Under the pieces are notes generated by a model. The model was not told where the DNA came from and did no database searches. It worked only from the letters and a program-made list of their open reading frames with translations. Shown here in pieces: positions 10,094 to 20,764 of a DNA stretch of 64,000 nucleotides (positions are counted from its first letter, which is position 1; the number at the start of each line of letters is the position of its first letter). Source of the stretch: a virus (lineage: Duplodnaviria > Heunggongvirae > Uroviricota > Caudoviricetes). The stretch covers positions 32,001-96,000 of IMG/VR virus record IMGVR_UViG_2718218304_000001. One strand, 5' to 3'. A program made the position numbers and the translations under genes.

Positions 10094-11337
10094 GCGAGCT
10101 GAGTTATCTGGAAAAACTGCTGGATGGGGCTGAGGTTGAGTGGGTAGCATTAAATAAATTAGCAACTTTTTTAAAAGGGAAGTCTTTACCTAAAGAAAAA
10201 ATAACTCCAGATGGCAATAGATATTGTATTCATTACGGTGAGCTTTTCACTCATTATGGTCCCATAATTGACAAAGTATGCTCAAAAACAAACCAAGCAA
10301 TCAATGAGTCAATTCTATCTGAAAAAAATGATGTTCTAATGCCAACGTCAGACGTTACACCAAGAGGTTTGGCTACAGCTAGTTGCATTCAAGAAAGTGG
10401 CGTTATTTTAGGCGGCGATATTTTGATTATTAGATGCTCTGGTGTTGATGGTAGATATCTAAGTAATTTCATAATAAATAACAAAAAAAAGATATTGCAA
10501 ATGGTTAAAGGTTCTACTGTTTATCATTTGTATGCTAAAGATATAGGTAAATTACTTATCCCCATCCCTTGCCCCAACAACCCGGAAAAGTCGCTGGCTA
10601 TCCAGTCTGAAATCGTCAGGATTCTGGATAAATTTACTGCACTTACCGCTGAGCTTACCGCTGAGCTTAGCATGCGTAAAAAACAATACAACTACTATCG
10701 CGACCAGTTGTTGAGTTTTAAAGAGGGTGAGGTTGAGTGGAAAGCTTTGGGGGAAATTGGTGAAGTTCGTATGTGTAAACGAATCCTAAAATCACAAACA
10801 TCTTCTGAGGGAGAGATTCCATTTTATAAAATTGGGACATTTGGTAAGGAACCCGATTCCTATATATCTAGAAAACTATTTAATGAATTTAAAGAAAAAT
10901 ATAGTTATCCTAAAGTTGGCGAAGTATTGATTTCTGCCAGTGGGACCATCGGCAGGACTGTTATATTTGATGGTAGGGAATCATATTTCCAGGATAGCAA
11001 TATTGTCTGGATTGAAAATAATGAAAAAATAGTTTTAAATAAATATTTATTCTATTTCTATAAAATAGCAAAATGGGGAATATCTGAAGGTGGAACTATT
11101 AAAAGACTTTATAATGATAACTTAAGAAAACTTATGATACCAGTACCATTTCCTGATTCTCCTGAAAGATCGCTAGTTGAACAACAAAAAATAGTGAAAT
11201 TACTGGATAAATTTGATGCTTTGACCAATTCCATCACCGAAGGTCTTCCGCGTGAAATCGAGTTGCGCCAGAAACAATACGAGTACTATCGTGATTTACT
11301 GTTCAGTTTTCCCAAACCTGAAACTATCAGTAACTAA
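10090..11337 (+). CDS. hsdS: type I R-M specificity subunit HsdS (type IC)
   Basis: ATGA start/stop overlap with hsdM; two AT-rich target-recognition domains around a conserved central region with a TAELTAEL repeat. Confidence 0.85.
   Translation: MSELSYLEKLLDGAEVEWVALNKLATFLKGKSLPKEKITPDGNRYCIHYGELFTHYGPIIDKVCSKTNQAINESILSEKNDVLMPTSDVTPRGLATASCIQESGVILGGDILIIRCSGVDGRYLSNFIINNKKKILQMVKGSTVYHLYAKDIGKLLIPIPCPNNPEKSLAIQSEIVRILDKFTALTAELTAELSMRKKQYNYYRDQLLSFKEGEVEWKALGEIGEVRMCKRILKSQTSSEGEIPFYKIGTFGKEPDSYISRKLFNEFKEKYSYPKVGEVLISASGTIGRTVIFDGRESYFQDSNIVWIENNEKIVLNKYLFYFYKIAKWGISEGGTIKRLYNDNLRKLMIPVPFPDSPERSLVEQQKIVKLLDKFDALTNSITEGLPREIELRQKQYEYYRDLLFSFPKPETISN
10642..10668 (+). repeat. 12-bp tandem repeat x2 (CTTACCGCTGAG) in the hsdS central region, encoding TAEL-TAEL
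   Basis: Read directly; this repeat number is known in the EcoR124I/II family to set the spacer length of the recognition site. Confidence 0.8.
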
Positions 11338-11458
11338 TTGACCATTGCTACCGACCGGATCACCTTAACATCCGGTCTATATAGAGACTATTTTTTACAC
11401 GCCGGAAGTCGCCCTTAAAGCCCTTCCGGCCCTTGCCAGACGGCACAAAGGATGCGCT

Positions 11459-14400
11459 ATGACTCATCAGACACACACCATTGCTGAATCCAATAACTTT
11501 ATCGTTCTTGATAAGTACATCAAAGCCGAGCAAACAGGCGACAGCTACCAGAGCGAATCGGACCTGGAACGTGAACTGATTCAGGATCTGCGGAATCAGG
11601 GCTATGAATTTATTTCCGTAAAATCTCAGTCGGCGATGCTGGCCAACGTTCGGGAACAGCTTCAGAACCTCAATGGTGTGGTGTTTAATGACAGCGAATG
11701 GCGGCGTTTCACGGAGCAGTATCTGGATAACCCGAGCGATGGCATCCTGGATAAGACCCGTAAAATCCATATCGACTATATTTGCGACTTTATTTTTGAT
11801 GACGAGCGTCTTGAGAACATCTATTTGATAGATAAAAAGAATCTCATGCGCAACAAGGTGCAGATTATCCAGCAGTTTGAACAGACGGGTTCTCATGCTA
11901 ACCGTTATGACGTCACGATCCTGGTTAATGGCTTACCGCTGGTACAAATCGAACTGAAAAAGCGCGGCGTGGCGATTCGTGAGGCCTTTAACCAGATACA
12001 TCGTTACAGCAAAGAGAGTTTTAACAGCGAAAATTCTCTGTTTAAGTATCTGCAACTGTTTGTCATTTCCAACGGCACCGATACCCGTTACTTTGCCAAC
12101 ACGACAAAGCGCGATAAAAACAGTTTTGACTTCACCATGAATTGGGCGAAATCAGACAACACGCTGATTAAAGACCTCAAAGACTTTACCGCCACCTTTT
12201 TCCAGAAACATACCCTGCTTAATGTCTTAGTGAACTACAGCGTATTCGATGTTAGCCAAACGCTACTGGTGATGCGACCGTACCAGATTGCCGCCACTGA
12301 GCGCATTCTGTGGAAAATTAAGAGTTCCTTTACAGCGAAGAACTGGTCAAAACCGGAAAGCGGTGGGTATATCTGGCACACTACCGGTTCAGGTAAAACC
12401 CTCACCAGCTTTAAAGCCGCGCGTCTGGCAACAGAGCTGGACTTTATTGATAAAGTCTTCTTCGTGGTCGACAGGAAAGACCTCGATTACCAGACCATGA
12501 ATGAATATAAGCGTTTTTCGCCAGACAGCGTCAACGGCTCGGAAAATACCGCAGGTCTTAAACGCAATCTGGATAAGGACGATAACAAAATTATCGTCAC
12601 CACTATTCAGAAACTTAATAACCTGATGAAAGCAGAAAGCGACCTGCCTGTATACAATCAGCAAGTGGTGTTTATATTTGATGAATGTCACCGCAGCCAG
12701 TTTGGAGAAGCGCAGAAAAACCTGAAGAAGAAATTCAAACGCTATTATCAGTTTGGTTTTACCGGCACACCTATTTTCCCGGAAAACGCCTTAGGCTCAG
12801 AAACGACCGCCAGCGTATTTGGTCGTGAATTGCATTCGTATGTAATTACCGATGCGATTCGTGATGAAAAAGTGCTCAAATTCAAGGTGGACTACAACGA
12901 TGTGCGGCCACAGTTTAAATCTTTAGAGACAGAAACCGACGAGAAAAAACTGAGTGCGGCTGAAAATCAGCAGGCATTTCTTCATCCCATGCGTATACAG
13001 GAAATTACGCAATATATTCTGAATAACTTCCGCCAGAAGACCCACCGTACTTTCCCAGGTTCCAAAGGCTTTAATGCCATGCTGGCAGTGAGTAGCGTGG
13101 ATGCCGCGAAAGCCTATTACGCGACGTTTAAACGGTTACAAGAGGAAGCAGCTAATAAATCGGCTACCTATAAACCGCTGCGTGTTGCAACAATCTTCTC
13201 CTTTGCCGCCAATGAAGAACAAAATGCCATTGGTGAAATTTCCGATGAAACTTTTGATACCAGCGCAATGGACAGCAGTGCTAAAGAGTTTCTTGACGCT
13301 GCAATTCGTGAGTATAACAGCTATTTTAAAACTAACTTCAGCACCGACAGTAACGGTTTTCAGAACTACTATCGTGATTTAGCCCAACGGGTTAAAAATC
13401 AGGATATCGATCTGTTAATTGTCGTTGGGATGTTTTTAACCGGCTTCGACGCTCCAACATTGAACACGCTATTCGTCGATAAAAACTTGCGTTTTCACGG
13501 CCTGATGCAGGCATTCTCCCGTACCAACCGCATTTATGACGCTACTAAAACCTTCGGTAACATCGTCACTTTTCGGGATCTGGAACGCTCAACCATTGAT
13601 GCCATAACGCTGTTTGGTGATAAAAATACTAAAAATGTGGTGTTAGAAAAGAGTTATGCTGAGTATATGGAAGGCTTTACAGATGCTGCCACTGGTGAAG
13701 CTAAACGCGGCTTTATGGCAGTAGTTTCAGAACTGGAACAACGGTTCCCTGACCCTGCCAGTATTGAAAGTGAAAAAGAGAAGAAAGACTTCGTAAAACT
13801 GTTTGGTGAATACCTGCGTGCCGAGAACATCCTGCAAAACTATGATGAATTTGCCACGCTGAAAGCCCTGCAACAAATCGATCTTAGCGATCCTGTTGCG
13901 GTAGAAAAATTCAAAGCAGAACATTATGTGGATGATGAAAAGTTCGCTGAATTGCAAACAATTCGTCTCCCTGCTGAACGCAAGATTCAGGATTATCGTT
14001 CTGCCTATAACGATATTCGCGACTGGCAGCGCCGTGAGAAAGAAGCTGAGAAAAAAGAGAAATCAACCACTGACTGGGATGACGTAGTTTTTGAGGTCGA
14101 TTTGCTGAAGTCTCAGGAAATAAACCTGGATTATATCCTTGGACTGATTTTCGAACACAACAGACAAAATAAAGGCAAGGGCGAAATGATCGAAGAGGTC
14201 AAACGCTTAATTCGTTCAAGCCTGGGGAACCGGGCGAAAGAGGGCCTGGTGGTCGATTTTATTCAGCAAACGAACCTGGATGATTTACCAGACAAAGCCA
14301 GTATCATTGAGGCATTCTTTACGTTTGCTCAACGCGAACAGCAACGTGAAGCAGAAGCATTGATAAAAGAAGAAAATCTCAATGAAGAGGCGGCGAAACG

Positions 14401-14575
14401 CTATATTCGCACGTCTTTAAAACGCGAATACGCCACCGAAAATGGCACAGAATTAAACGAGACATTACCAAAACTTAGTCCGTTAAACCCGCAATATAAA
14501 ACGAAAAAACAGACCGTTTTCCAGAAAATCGTCACGTTTATTGAAAAGTTCAAAGGAGTAGGTGGGCAGATATAG
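11459..14575 (+). CDS. hsdR: type I R-M restriction subunit HsdR (helicase-nuclease)
   Basis: 1038 aa; Walker A TGSGKT and DECH box; only a 120-nt gap after hsdS. Confidence 0.9.
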   Translation: MTHQTHTIAESNNFIVLDKYIKAEQTGDSYQSESDLERELIQDLRNQGYEFISVKSQSAMLANVREQLQNLNGVVFNDSEWRRFTEQYLDNPSDGILDKTRKIHIDYICDFIFDDERLENIYLIDKKNLMRNKVQIIQQFEQTGSHANRYDVTILVNGLPLVQIELKKRGVAIREAFNQIHRYSKESFNSENSLFKYLQLFVISNGTDTRYFANTTKRDKNSFDFTMNWAKSDNTLIKDLKDFTATFFQKHTLLNVLVNYSVFDVSQTLLVMRPYQIAATERILWKIKSSFTAKNWSKPESGGYIWHTTGSGKTLTSFKAARLATELDFIDKVFFVVDRKDLDYQTMNEYKRFSPDSVNGSENTAGLKRNLDKDDNKIIVTTIQKLNNLMKAESDLPVYNQQVVFIFDECHRSQFGEAQKNLKKKFKRYYQFGFTGTPIFPENALGSETTASVFGRELHSYVITDAIRDEKVLKFKVDYNDVRPQFKSLETETDEKKLSAAENQQAFLHPMRIQEITQYILNNFRQKTHRTFPGSKGFNAMLAVSSVDAAKAYYATFKRLQEEAANKSATYKPLRVATIFSFAANEEQNAIGEISDETFDTSAMDSSAKEFLDAAIREYNSYFKTNFSTDSNGFQNYYRDLAQRVKNQDIDLLIVVGMFLTGFDAPTLNTLFVDKNLRFHGLMQAFSRTNRIYDATKTFGNIVTFRDLERSTIDAITLFGDKNTKNVVLEKSYAEYMEGFTDAATGEAKRGFMAVVSELEQRFPDPASIESEKEKKDFVKLFGEYLRAENILQNYDEFATLKALQQIDLSDPVAVEKFKAEHYVDDEKFAELQTIRLPAERKIQDYRSAYNDIRDWQRREKEAEKKEKSTTDWDDVVFEVDLLKSQEINLDYILGLIFEHNRQNKGKGEMIEEVKRLIRSSLGNRAKEGLVVDFIQQTNLDDLPDKASIIEAFFTFAQREQQREAEALIKEENLNEEAAKRYIRTSLKREYATENGTELNETLPKLSPLNPQYKTKKQTVFQKIVTFIEKFKGVGGQI

Positions 14576-14633
14576 TGTATTAATCTGAACCAGATCTGGC
14601 AGACATCTGTGCAAATTGCAGATAGCTGTCAGA

Positions 14634-15110
14634 TCAAACCATCGTAGGGATGTTTGTATCCACTTTGAACTCAGGTACACCAACGAACTCTTTAACCTTC
14701 ATCTGGTAGCCGGTTCTGTCAGTTTTGATGACTTCCTGTTTGCCCTCTATAAACTGCTCACGCCACTCGTCGCGACGGGAAGCTGGCATGATCAGCAAAA
14801 CGTTAGTCATATCCGTGACCTTCCTCCAGTACTCGGCCCAAATATTCTGTTTCACCCATTCCAGATCGACTTTATCCAGCCAAGCTCGATTCAAACGTGA
14901 GCGTTCTTCATCTGGTCGATGGTTCAGTTGCAGCAGGCGATTAATCATGTTGTGGCGTTCGTCGCCATAAACGAAGTCGTGAACCTGATACATGAAGGCG
15001 ATCTCTTTCTCGCACTCGGCTACGATTTCGTGGATGACGTTCATTTCCTGACGATAATCGATAGCAGTGTTTGAGTTGGTATCGTCGATGATGGAAAGAG
15101 CTGTATTCAT
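14634..15110 (-). CDS. hypothetical protein, convergent with hsdR
   Basis: ORF track; normal GC; no recognised domain. Confidence 0.35.
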   Translation of the reverse strand: MNTALSIIDDTNSNTAIDYRQEMNVIHEIVAECEKEIAFMYQVHDFVYGDERHNMINRLLQLNHRPDEERSRLNRAWLDKVDLEWVKQNIWAEYWRKVTDMTNVLLIMPASRRDEWREQFIEGKQEVIKTDRTGYQMKVKEFVGVPEFKVDTNIPTMV

Positions 15111-15213
15111 AATTGCACCATTAAGAAAAGATTTGTTTAATAGTGCAATTATTTCAAAAATGAAAAGGTGCTAAATAGAAATTAACAGGCAATCCTTTAA
15201 ATAAAGGTATTTG

Positions 15214-15828
15214 CTAATCATACTTTGAGGTATTTATAACCAGGATTTTGTTTGTATAAATCTTCTTAATATCCCATGTGACATTACCGGAATACCATTG
15301 ACCGTTATATACTTGGTTTCCAGTTGCACCGGTCATAGTTACATAGACAGGTCTGTCGTAATCGGTTCGTCTATAGTTATAAACCCCAACCATAGCAGGC
15401 ATTACTGCGCACGGATACCCCATATCTATTGTAAATTGTGGGTCAGTAATAGTGATAAGTTTTGCATCAAGGGGCATCATCTCACCGTGATACACCATTG
15501 CGCCTGCGCTGTTATACATGGCAATGCCATAGCCAGAATGTGGTAACACCATATCAGAAAAAGCATAAACTGTTATTGTTCCGGGGCTACCATTTACCTG
15601 ATGCAATCTGAGAGCATTGTATCCGTTACTATGTTCATGAATAAACATCATGTTCGCCTTATTGCTGCTTTTTATGAAGAAAAAGCATGATTTGTTTGAT
15701 GGGATTGATGTTTGAAAAACAGAACCTTTAGATGTAGACATTGTCCCTTTATTAATCAGATTTTGCGGAGTAAATTCAGGACTCATCCACAAACTTCCAT
15801 CTGATTGAGTAATTGACATCCCGAACAT
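15214..15828 (-). CDS. hypothetical Asn/Tyr/Gly/Thr-rich protein (AT-rich gene; start refined)
   Basis: The track start at 15885 is a non-ATG (TTG) codon preceded by an in-frame stop; the ATG at 15828 lies 2 nt after the stop of the upstream ORF. Confidence 0.35.
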   Translation of the reverse strand: MFGMSITQSDGSLWMSPEFTPQNLINKGTMSTSKGSVFQTSIPSNKSCFFFIKSSNKANMMFIHEHSNGYNALRLHQVNGSPGTITVYAFSDMVLPHSGYGIAMYNSAGAMVYHGEMMPLDAKLITITDPQFTIDMGYPCAVMPAMVGVYNYRRTDYDRPVYVTMTGATGNQVYNGQWYSGNVTWDIKKIYTNKILVINTSKYD

Positions 15829-15830
15829 AA

Positions 15831-16112
15831 TTATCCCCAGTATGTGTATATGTAAGAACCAAGCCCCGTATATAAATTTGACCAACTAACCGTATTTCCA
15901 TTAATAGTAACATTTGGAACAGGTAAATTGATGTAGTTGTCGTTGTTAAGAGGCATTAATGACCACACGGCATGTAGTGATTTACCCGGTGGCGGATTAG
16001 AGTACGTCTTAGAGCCTGATGACGCCGTAAATCGATCAAGAAAAAAAATAGGTGTAAGGAAGCCAGTAACGTTAATTCCTTTATTGTTGTAAATCCCTGT
16101 ACCGTATGCCAT
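15831..16112 (-). CDS. hypothetical Asn/Tyr-rich protein (AT-rich gene)
   Basis: ORF track; its stop is 2 nt from the next start, consistent with translational coupling. Confidence 0.35.
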   Translation of the reverse strand: MAYGTGIYNNKGINVTGFLTPIFFLDRFTASSGSKTYSNPPPGKSLHAVWSLMPLNNDNYINLPVPNVTINGNTVSWSNLYTGLGSYIYTYWG

Positions 16113-16166
16113 TTTTCACCCTTGTTTTTATCAACACAATATGGCCGATCATGCGGCCATATCAGA

Positions 16167-16736
16167 TCAATTAGAGCTTTGAAAGACTTTGTGTGGTTGT
16201 GTTGCGAGGTTATGTCGATGGCTTAACTCACGCATCATGTCTTCAAGGCGACTCTTTGTGTCGTCGAGTTGGTCGGCCATTGCTCCCAAAAGCTGACGAA
16301 CGGCCATCGGATCATCGCTGTTTAGTGATGGCATTTTATAACCCGCCTGAGAAGACATAAGATTGAACGCAGACATCAACATCGTTAGAGAGGATTTAAG
16401 CCCAGCAATTTCACGATCTTTGCTGGCAATAATCGCCTCACTCTTGTTAGTGTCATCAGTTCGTTGAGTCTCGCTCACCATATCCAAAGTCGCCTGCAAC
16501 TTATCAGCGCGCTCTTTTTCAGCAAGATAATGAACACCGAAATGATGTGCTAAAGCTACAACCTGAGTTGGCTCTTCAAAGGTGGACTCAAAATTAAGTG
16601 CTGTAACCACTCTCTCAAATATGGAAACGTCTTCTATTCCTCGAAGAATGGCTAACATTTTGACCAGTTCATTAGCATCCATTTCTTCGAATAAGGCGTT
16701 TTGTTCATCAGCTATCGCTTTGCATTTCTTGCACAT
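16167..16736 (-). CDS. hypothetical protein
   Basis: ORF track; motif-1 and AGGAAAAACAC-ATG context upstream. Confidence 0.4.
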   Translation of the reverse strand: MCKKCKAIADEQNALFEEMDANELVKMLAILRGIEDVSIFERVVTALNFESTFEEPTQVVALAHHFGVHYLAEKERADKLQATLDMVSETQRTDDTNKSEAIIASKDREIAGLKSSLTMLMSAFNLMSSQAGYKMPSLNSDDPMAVRQLLGAMADQLDDTKSRLEDMMRELSHRHNLATQPHKVFQSSN

Positions 16737-17033
16737 GTGTTTTTCCTAATGCTTAAACAAGTTGTTTTCTTATTGGCTTTATTGTGATGTGGCATAAAAG
16801 GGGAGCAAGCTAAACGTAAAGGTGCAAACTCTCTATTTCGGTCAACGAAACACAAGGGCCATTTGGCCCTTGTCATTAACACGTTGCTTTACGGACTAGC
16901 GGATAAGCGAAGTAGATCGCCAGACCAATGAGGACGCCATCAGAAATGACAGACATCATCTTTCCCGTAAAATCCACCAACACCGCTATCACCAGAAGAG
17001 CAATGACGGTCACAAGCCGGAATCTCTCAAGCA

Positions 17034-17459
17034 TTAGAGATAAGCATCCAGTGACAACTGAAGCGCCTGGGCGATCTTTTTCAGCGCCTGCTCTTCTGGT
17101 TCATCAATGCCGTCCTGGTCGGCAATATCAAGGCACAGACACAGTACATCTACTGCATCATCAGTCCCGGCCACATCCGCCAGCTCACGTAAAGCCTGGG
17201 CATTAGCACGGCGCGGTGAGGCTTCGTATTGAGCGCGGATATTGGCGCTCATCTGGGCAATCTCACCAGCAAAAGGAGAAAATGCAGGCAGAGCTGCAAT
17301 TGTTTTCTCAAGAATGGAAATTTCTTTTGCATCGCATGTACCGTTGGCATAGGAGATCATGTACCCGCCCCACACGGTGGCTTCAACCGCATCACGGTTC
17401 TCCATTTTTTTGACTTCGATAACAGCTTTACGAGTTTTCTTTTTGAAGAAACCTAACAT
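17034..17459 (-). CDS. TerB-like (tellurite-resistance TerB family) domain protein
   Basis: Acidic helical protein with TerB-like pattern (..DAKEISILEKTIAAL..DVLCLCLDIADQDG..EEQALKKIA); motif-1 upstream. Confidence 0.45.
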   Translation of the reverse strand: MLGFFKKKTRKAVIEVKKMENRDAVEATVWGGYMISYANGTCDAKEISILEKTIAALPAFSPFAGEIAQMSANIRAQYEASPRRANAQALRELADVAGTDDAVDVLCLCLDIADQDGIDEPEEQALKKIAQALQLSLDAYL

Positions 17460-17552
17460 GTGTTTTCCTTTTGCTATTTGTCAAAACAAATTGTTTTCTG
17501 GTTACATAAATTGCTTACGCAAAGACGGTCAATGCATATGCACTAACAACCG

Positions 17553-17741
17553 TCAGAAATAACCAAGTACCGAACCGACTGGAAAAATAAAAATCCCAAC
17601 TACACGAGCCAAGGTCATGCCAGCCTGAAACTGGAGATCACCTGAGCAAACGAGTTTTATAATGTTGGATACCCAACCGGCGGCCATGAGAGCCAGAATT
17701 GCCAGCCAAATTTTCCCAAAGTGATTTGAAAGCCAGTTCAT
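17553..17741 (-). CDS. small membrane protein (2 predicted TM helices)
   Basis: 62-aa hydrophobic ORF with stop/start overlap to the upstream gene. Confidence 0.3.
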   Translation of the reverse strand: MNWLSNHFGKIWLAILALMAAGWVSNIIKLVCSGDLQFQAGMTLARVVGIFIFPVGSVLGYF

Positions 17742-17750
17742 ACAACCACC

Positions 17751-18245
17751 TTAGTCACAACATGATCCTGAGTAACTGGATGAACTTGAGGTATCGCATC
17801 CACCGTCATCCCATCCAGAGTGACAGGACGCTCTACTGGAGTGGTGGTAATTGTCGTCGACGGAGGTGTGGTGATGGATGAACCCGGCATCAAAAGGCTC
17901 TGGCCGGCTGGAACGGCTACCGTCGCCAGTGAAACTATAATGAGAACGTAGGCCATTGGTTTCAGCCTCTTTCTTTGAAAATTTTCCATTCGAACTGTCC
18001 TTGTTGTTTTTCTCCTTCACTAAAGGCCGTGTACTTTTCGCTTCGCGTGAAGAACCAGAGGCAACAATCGCCCCCACGTTCGCAACAACTGACGCTTGAT
18101 TATCTAAACGTTCATTCAGCAACCGAACGGTAGTCTCTAGTTCATCAAGACGTGACATAACACGACCGCTAAACAATTCGGCCAAAATTTGACGTAAAGA
18201 ACGAGGACGTTTAGTTGCAGAAGTGAAATAGGTTTGACGTGCCAT
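17751..18245 (-). CDS. hypothetical protein (C-terminal half low-complexity; overlapping alternative ORF 17738..17989 encodes a signal-peptide protein)
   Basis: Two overlapping frames; the N-terminal ~85 aa look protein-like; cannot be resolved by eye. Confidence 0.25.
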   Translation of the reverse strand: MARQTYFTSATKRPRSLRQILAELFSGRVMSRLDELETTVRLLNERLDNQASVVANVGAIVASGSSREAKSTRPLVKEKNNKDSSNGKFSKKEAETNGLRSHYSFTGDGSRSSRPEPFDAGFIHHHTSVDDNYHHSSRASCHSGWDDGGCDTSSSSSYSGSCCD

Positions 18246-18393
18246 GTGGACTCCATCCAGTGTCAGAAAGAGTTGCGGCTGGCGATCGCCAGCCGCCTTT
18301 CTCGTTCCATCCTGGAACTGTGTCTTACCGACACATTGTCATCCTGACGCTGATAAGATACATGATTTAAAATGATAGGTAAACACTTACTTA

Positions 18394-18984
18394 CTACTTG
18401 TTATAAACAAAACCAATATCTTTCTTGTGAGGCATATCTGCTGCTGAAAAAGCTGCGATCTTCGCGAGTCGATCACATATTTCATTTTCACGATGCCCGG
18501 CGTGACCTTTAACCCACTTCCAGCGAACATTATGTCGACTTGCGGCCTCATCCAGACGCTTCCACAGATCAACATTCTTTACCGGTTTTTTGTCAGAAGT
18601 CATCCATCCATTGCGTTTCCACCATTTCATCCACTGTGTCATGCCGTTTTTCAGATACTGGCTATCAGAGTACAAAATAACGTTGCATGGATATTTCAAA
18701 CGCTCCAGCCCGATAAGTGCCCCCATCATCTCCATGCGGTTATTGGTGGTGCTATGAAAACCATCTGAGAACTCGCGTTCCTCACCACCATACTGGAGAA
18801 CTATACCGTAACCGCCCGGGCCACCCGGATTTTTAAGGCAAGAGCCATCACTGAAGATTTTCACGGTTTTAAGCTGGGGATTGAACTCTACGACAGGCGT
18901 TGTGGAATTGGTGCGGGGAGAATTTTTGTTTTTGTCATTTTTGCGAGTTTTTGCTTGCGATCGGGCTGGTGTCTTCGTCGTCAT
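18394..18984 (-). CDS. ribonuclease HI
   Basis: VKIFSDGSC...NNRMEMMGA...DSQYL...[15 protein letters not shown] closely parallels E. coli RnhA; start refined to the ATG at 18984 with GGAG upstream. Confidence 0.85.
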   Translation of the reverse strand: MTTKTPARSQAKTRKNDKNKNSPRTNSTTPVVEFNPQLKTVKIFSDGSCLKNPGGPGGYGIVLQYGGEEREFSDGFHSTTNNRMEMMGALIGLERLKYPCNVILYSDSQYLKNGMTQWMKWWKRNGWMTSDKKPVKNVDLWKRLDEAASRHNVRWKWVKGHAGHRENEICDRLAKIAAFSAADMPHKKDIGFVYNK

Positions 18985-19570
18985 ATAAACTCCTGAATCA
19001 AGCGCCGCGCCGATTTTTTTTTCCTCGCGCGTGCGCACACGCGTGCGTGTTAATAATTATTAAAATAAACAAATTACTTCCCAGAACAGGTTTTTATAAA
19101 CCTGAACTGAACGAACGAAGTGAGTGAAGTTCACCTCGAACGAAGTGAGAGGTTGTCTTTTCAGGTAATACTCTCCCAGGGAGGTGAGTACAAAATTTCC
19201 TCACCAACCTGGTCGTTTCATAACCTGAAAAGTTATGACCTAAGTCTACTGCCAGCTTAGGCTTGGGAAGTTATGGATGACAGCACCCCAGAACCGAGAT
19301 CTTCCCACACTTTATGAAGGGGAGTACTGGATTCAACCTCTCGAAACACCCCAGACTCGACAATCATAAAGTGACCCTTGTCTCTGCTCACTTTGGTTCC
19401 CCCTTCCCCAACCCCTAAACGGTGCCGGTTCTACGCTGGTAGTGAGCTTTTTTAAACCTGACGCCAGTGACGCTTACCCCCACCCATCAGGTCGAGCCTC
19501 CAGTCTACGACTGGAAACTATCAGATCTTAGCACTTACAATTCACTTTATGAATAGTTTGTACTTATCTA

Positions 19571-19825
19571 TCATTTCGATTGATTATTTTTTCGACCATG
19601 TAGTTGAACATTCAAGGCAAACACCTCGTTGATCAACTCACCTAAAAGCTGTTCAACAAGTTCGCGATGCTCCCCAAGATGCAAGCACTTAATTGCCCAT
19701 TCGTACAAGTTGAAAGCCTGCTCACGATCTTTCATCATTTCACGAGCCTGGGCCAGAAAATCGCTCTCTACGAGCGCAACGACATTAGTCGGGTATGACA
19801 TGTTGGTTTCCTTAAAGTGGTTCAT
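19571..19825 (-). CDS. hypothetical small protein
   Basis: ORF track only. Confidence 0.3.
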   Translation of the reverse strand: MNHFKETNMSYPTNVVALVESDFLAQAREMMKDREQAFNLYEWAIKCLHLGEHRELVEQLLGELINEVFALNVQLHGRKNNQSK

Positions 19826-19987
19826 AAAATCGATTTTAAAGCGTCTGGGAAGGGGTTCTAGTGGATTCTGTAGTGGTGTTCAGGTCTGGGAGTCTCTGAT
19901 ATAAAACAGCCTGCTTCCGTATATTAATAATTAATATGTAGTTATTTATATATACAGAAGCAGGCTAATTACAGACGCCAGAACAAA

Positions 19988-20581
19988 CTAAGCAGCCTTC
20001 TTTGATTGTCTTTTTTTCCTGATCACATTCGCAGGATCATACCCTCCCAGACTTTTCATGACGTCCAAAGGGATCTTGCTTATAGAGTGCCCAGCGTCCT
20101 GACAGAATCCTCGAAAAACAACGAGCATACTGCCACCTGGGTTGATGTTTACTTCTACCTGACCCAGATTTACGTCAGGCTCGACAAACGCTACGCGGCC
20201 ACCAGACAGAATAATCGTCTCATTCGCACACTCTGTTGCACGCTCATACCACTTTGTATCTAGGGATTGAGGAATTAGCATCACTGTTGTAACTCCGCGA
20301 GCCTGCTCACGTATAGCCGCATCAATCCAGGGGTAGATTTTGGAGTAGGGTGGATTGAGGAAGGCAATTGTACCTGGCTGTCCCCATTCAGATTTCAAAG
20401 CATCACGCTCAACGCCTATGAAATTAGGCAGCTTTGCATTGTCCTTGTTGCAGGCAACGTCAACATCAAATGTCACTCCAAGATAACGTTGAATGGCAGA
20501 AAACAGCCAGTCAGGTGTTCTCCAGAGGTCACGAAGAGAGTTGTCACGCTTTCGCTGTTTGATTTTTTCGGCTGCAATCAT
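19988..20581 (-). CDS. phage-type DNA N6-adenine methyltransferase (Dam-like)
   Basis: FLNPPYS catalytic motif in a ~190-aa protein, typical of small phage Dam methyltransferases. Confidence 0.7.
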   Translation of the reverse strand: MIAAEKIKQRKRDNSLRDLWRTPDWLFSAIQRYLGVTFDVDVACNKDNAKLPNFIGVERDALKSEWGQPGTIAFLNPPYSKIYPWIDAAIREQARGVTTVMLIPQSLDTKWYERATECANETIILSGGRVAFVEPDVNLGQVEVNINPGGSMLVVFRGFCQDAGHSISKIPLDVMKSLGGYDPANVIRKKRQSKKAA

Positions 20582-20640
20582 CTTCTTTCTCGATAGGTAA
20601 GTAAATACCTATTTTTGCATTTGATTTTATGTCTGGCAAT

Positions 20641-20690
20641 CAAATAAAACGCGCCAGAAATGCAAACGAGAAGCTCTCTGGCGCGTTTTT
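20641..20690 (-). terminator. terminator hairpin (AAACGCGCCAGA...TCTGGCGCGTTT)
   Basis: Long inverted repeat plus U-run on the minus strand downstream of the 20765..21574 gene. Confidence 0.5.
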
Positions 20691-20764
20691 GTGGTGCTGG
20701 GTATGTGATTGGCTTACCCAGTACTATAAAGCTCTCTATGGGCTTTATTTTAAGTAGGGGAACG

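Noticed and set aside
11338-11458. Possible PrrC-type anticodon nuclease between hsdS and hsdR
   Set aside because: The intergenic gap is only 120 nt with no ORF; the operon is the plain hsdM-hsdS-hsdR form.
18900-19127. 75-aa plus-strand ORF upstream of the RNase H gene
   Set aside because: Runs through the alternating Y-R tract and promoter region; Cys/Phe-rich nonsense translation.
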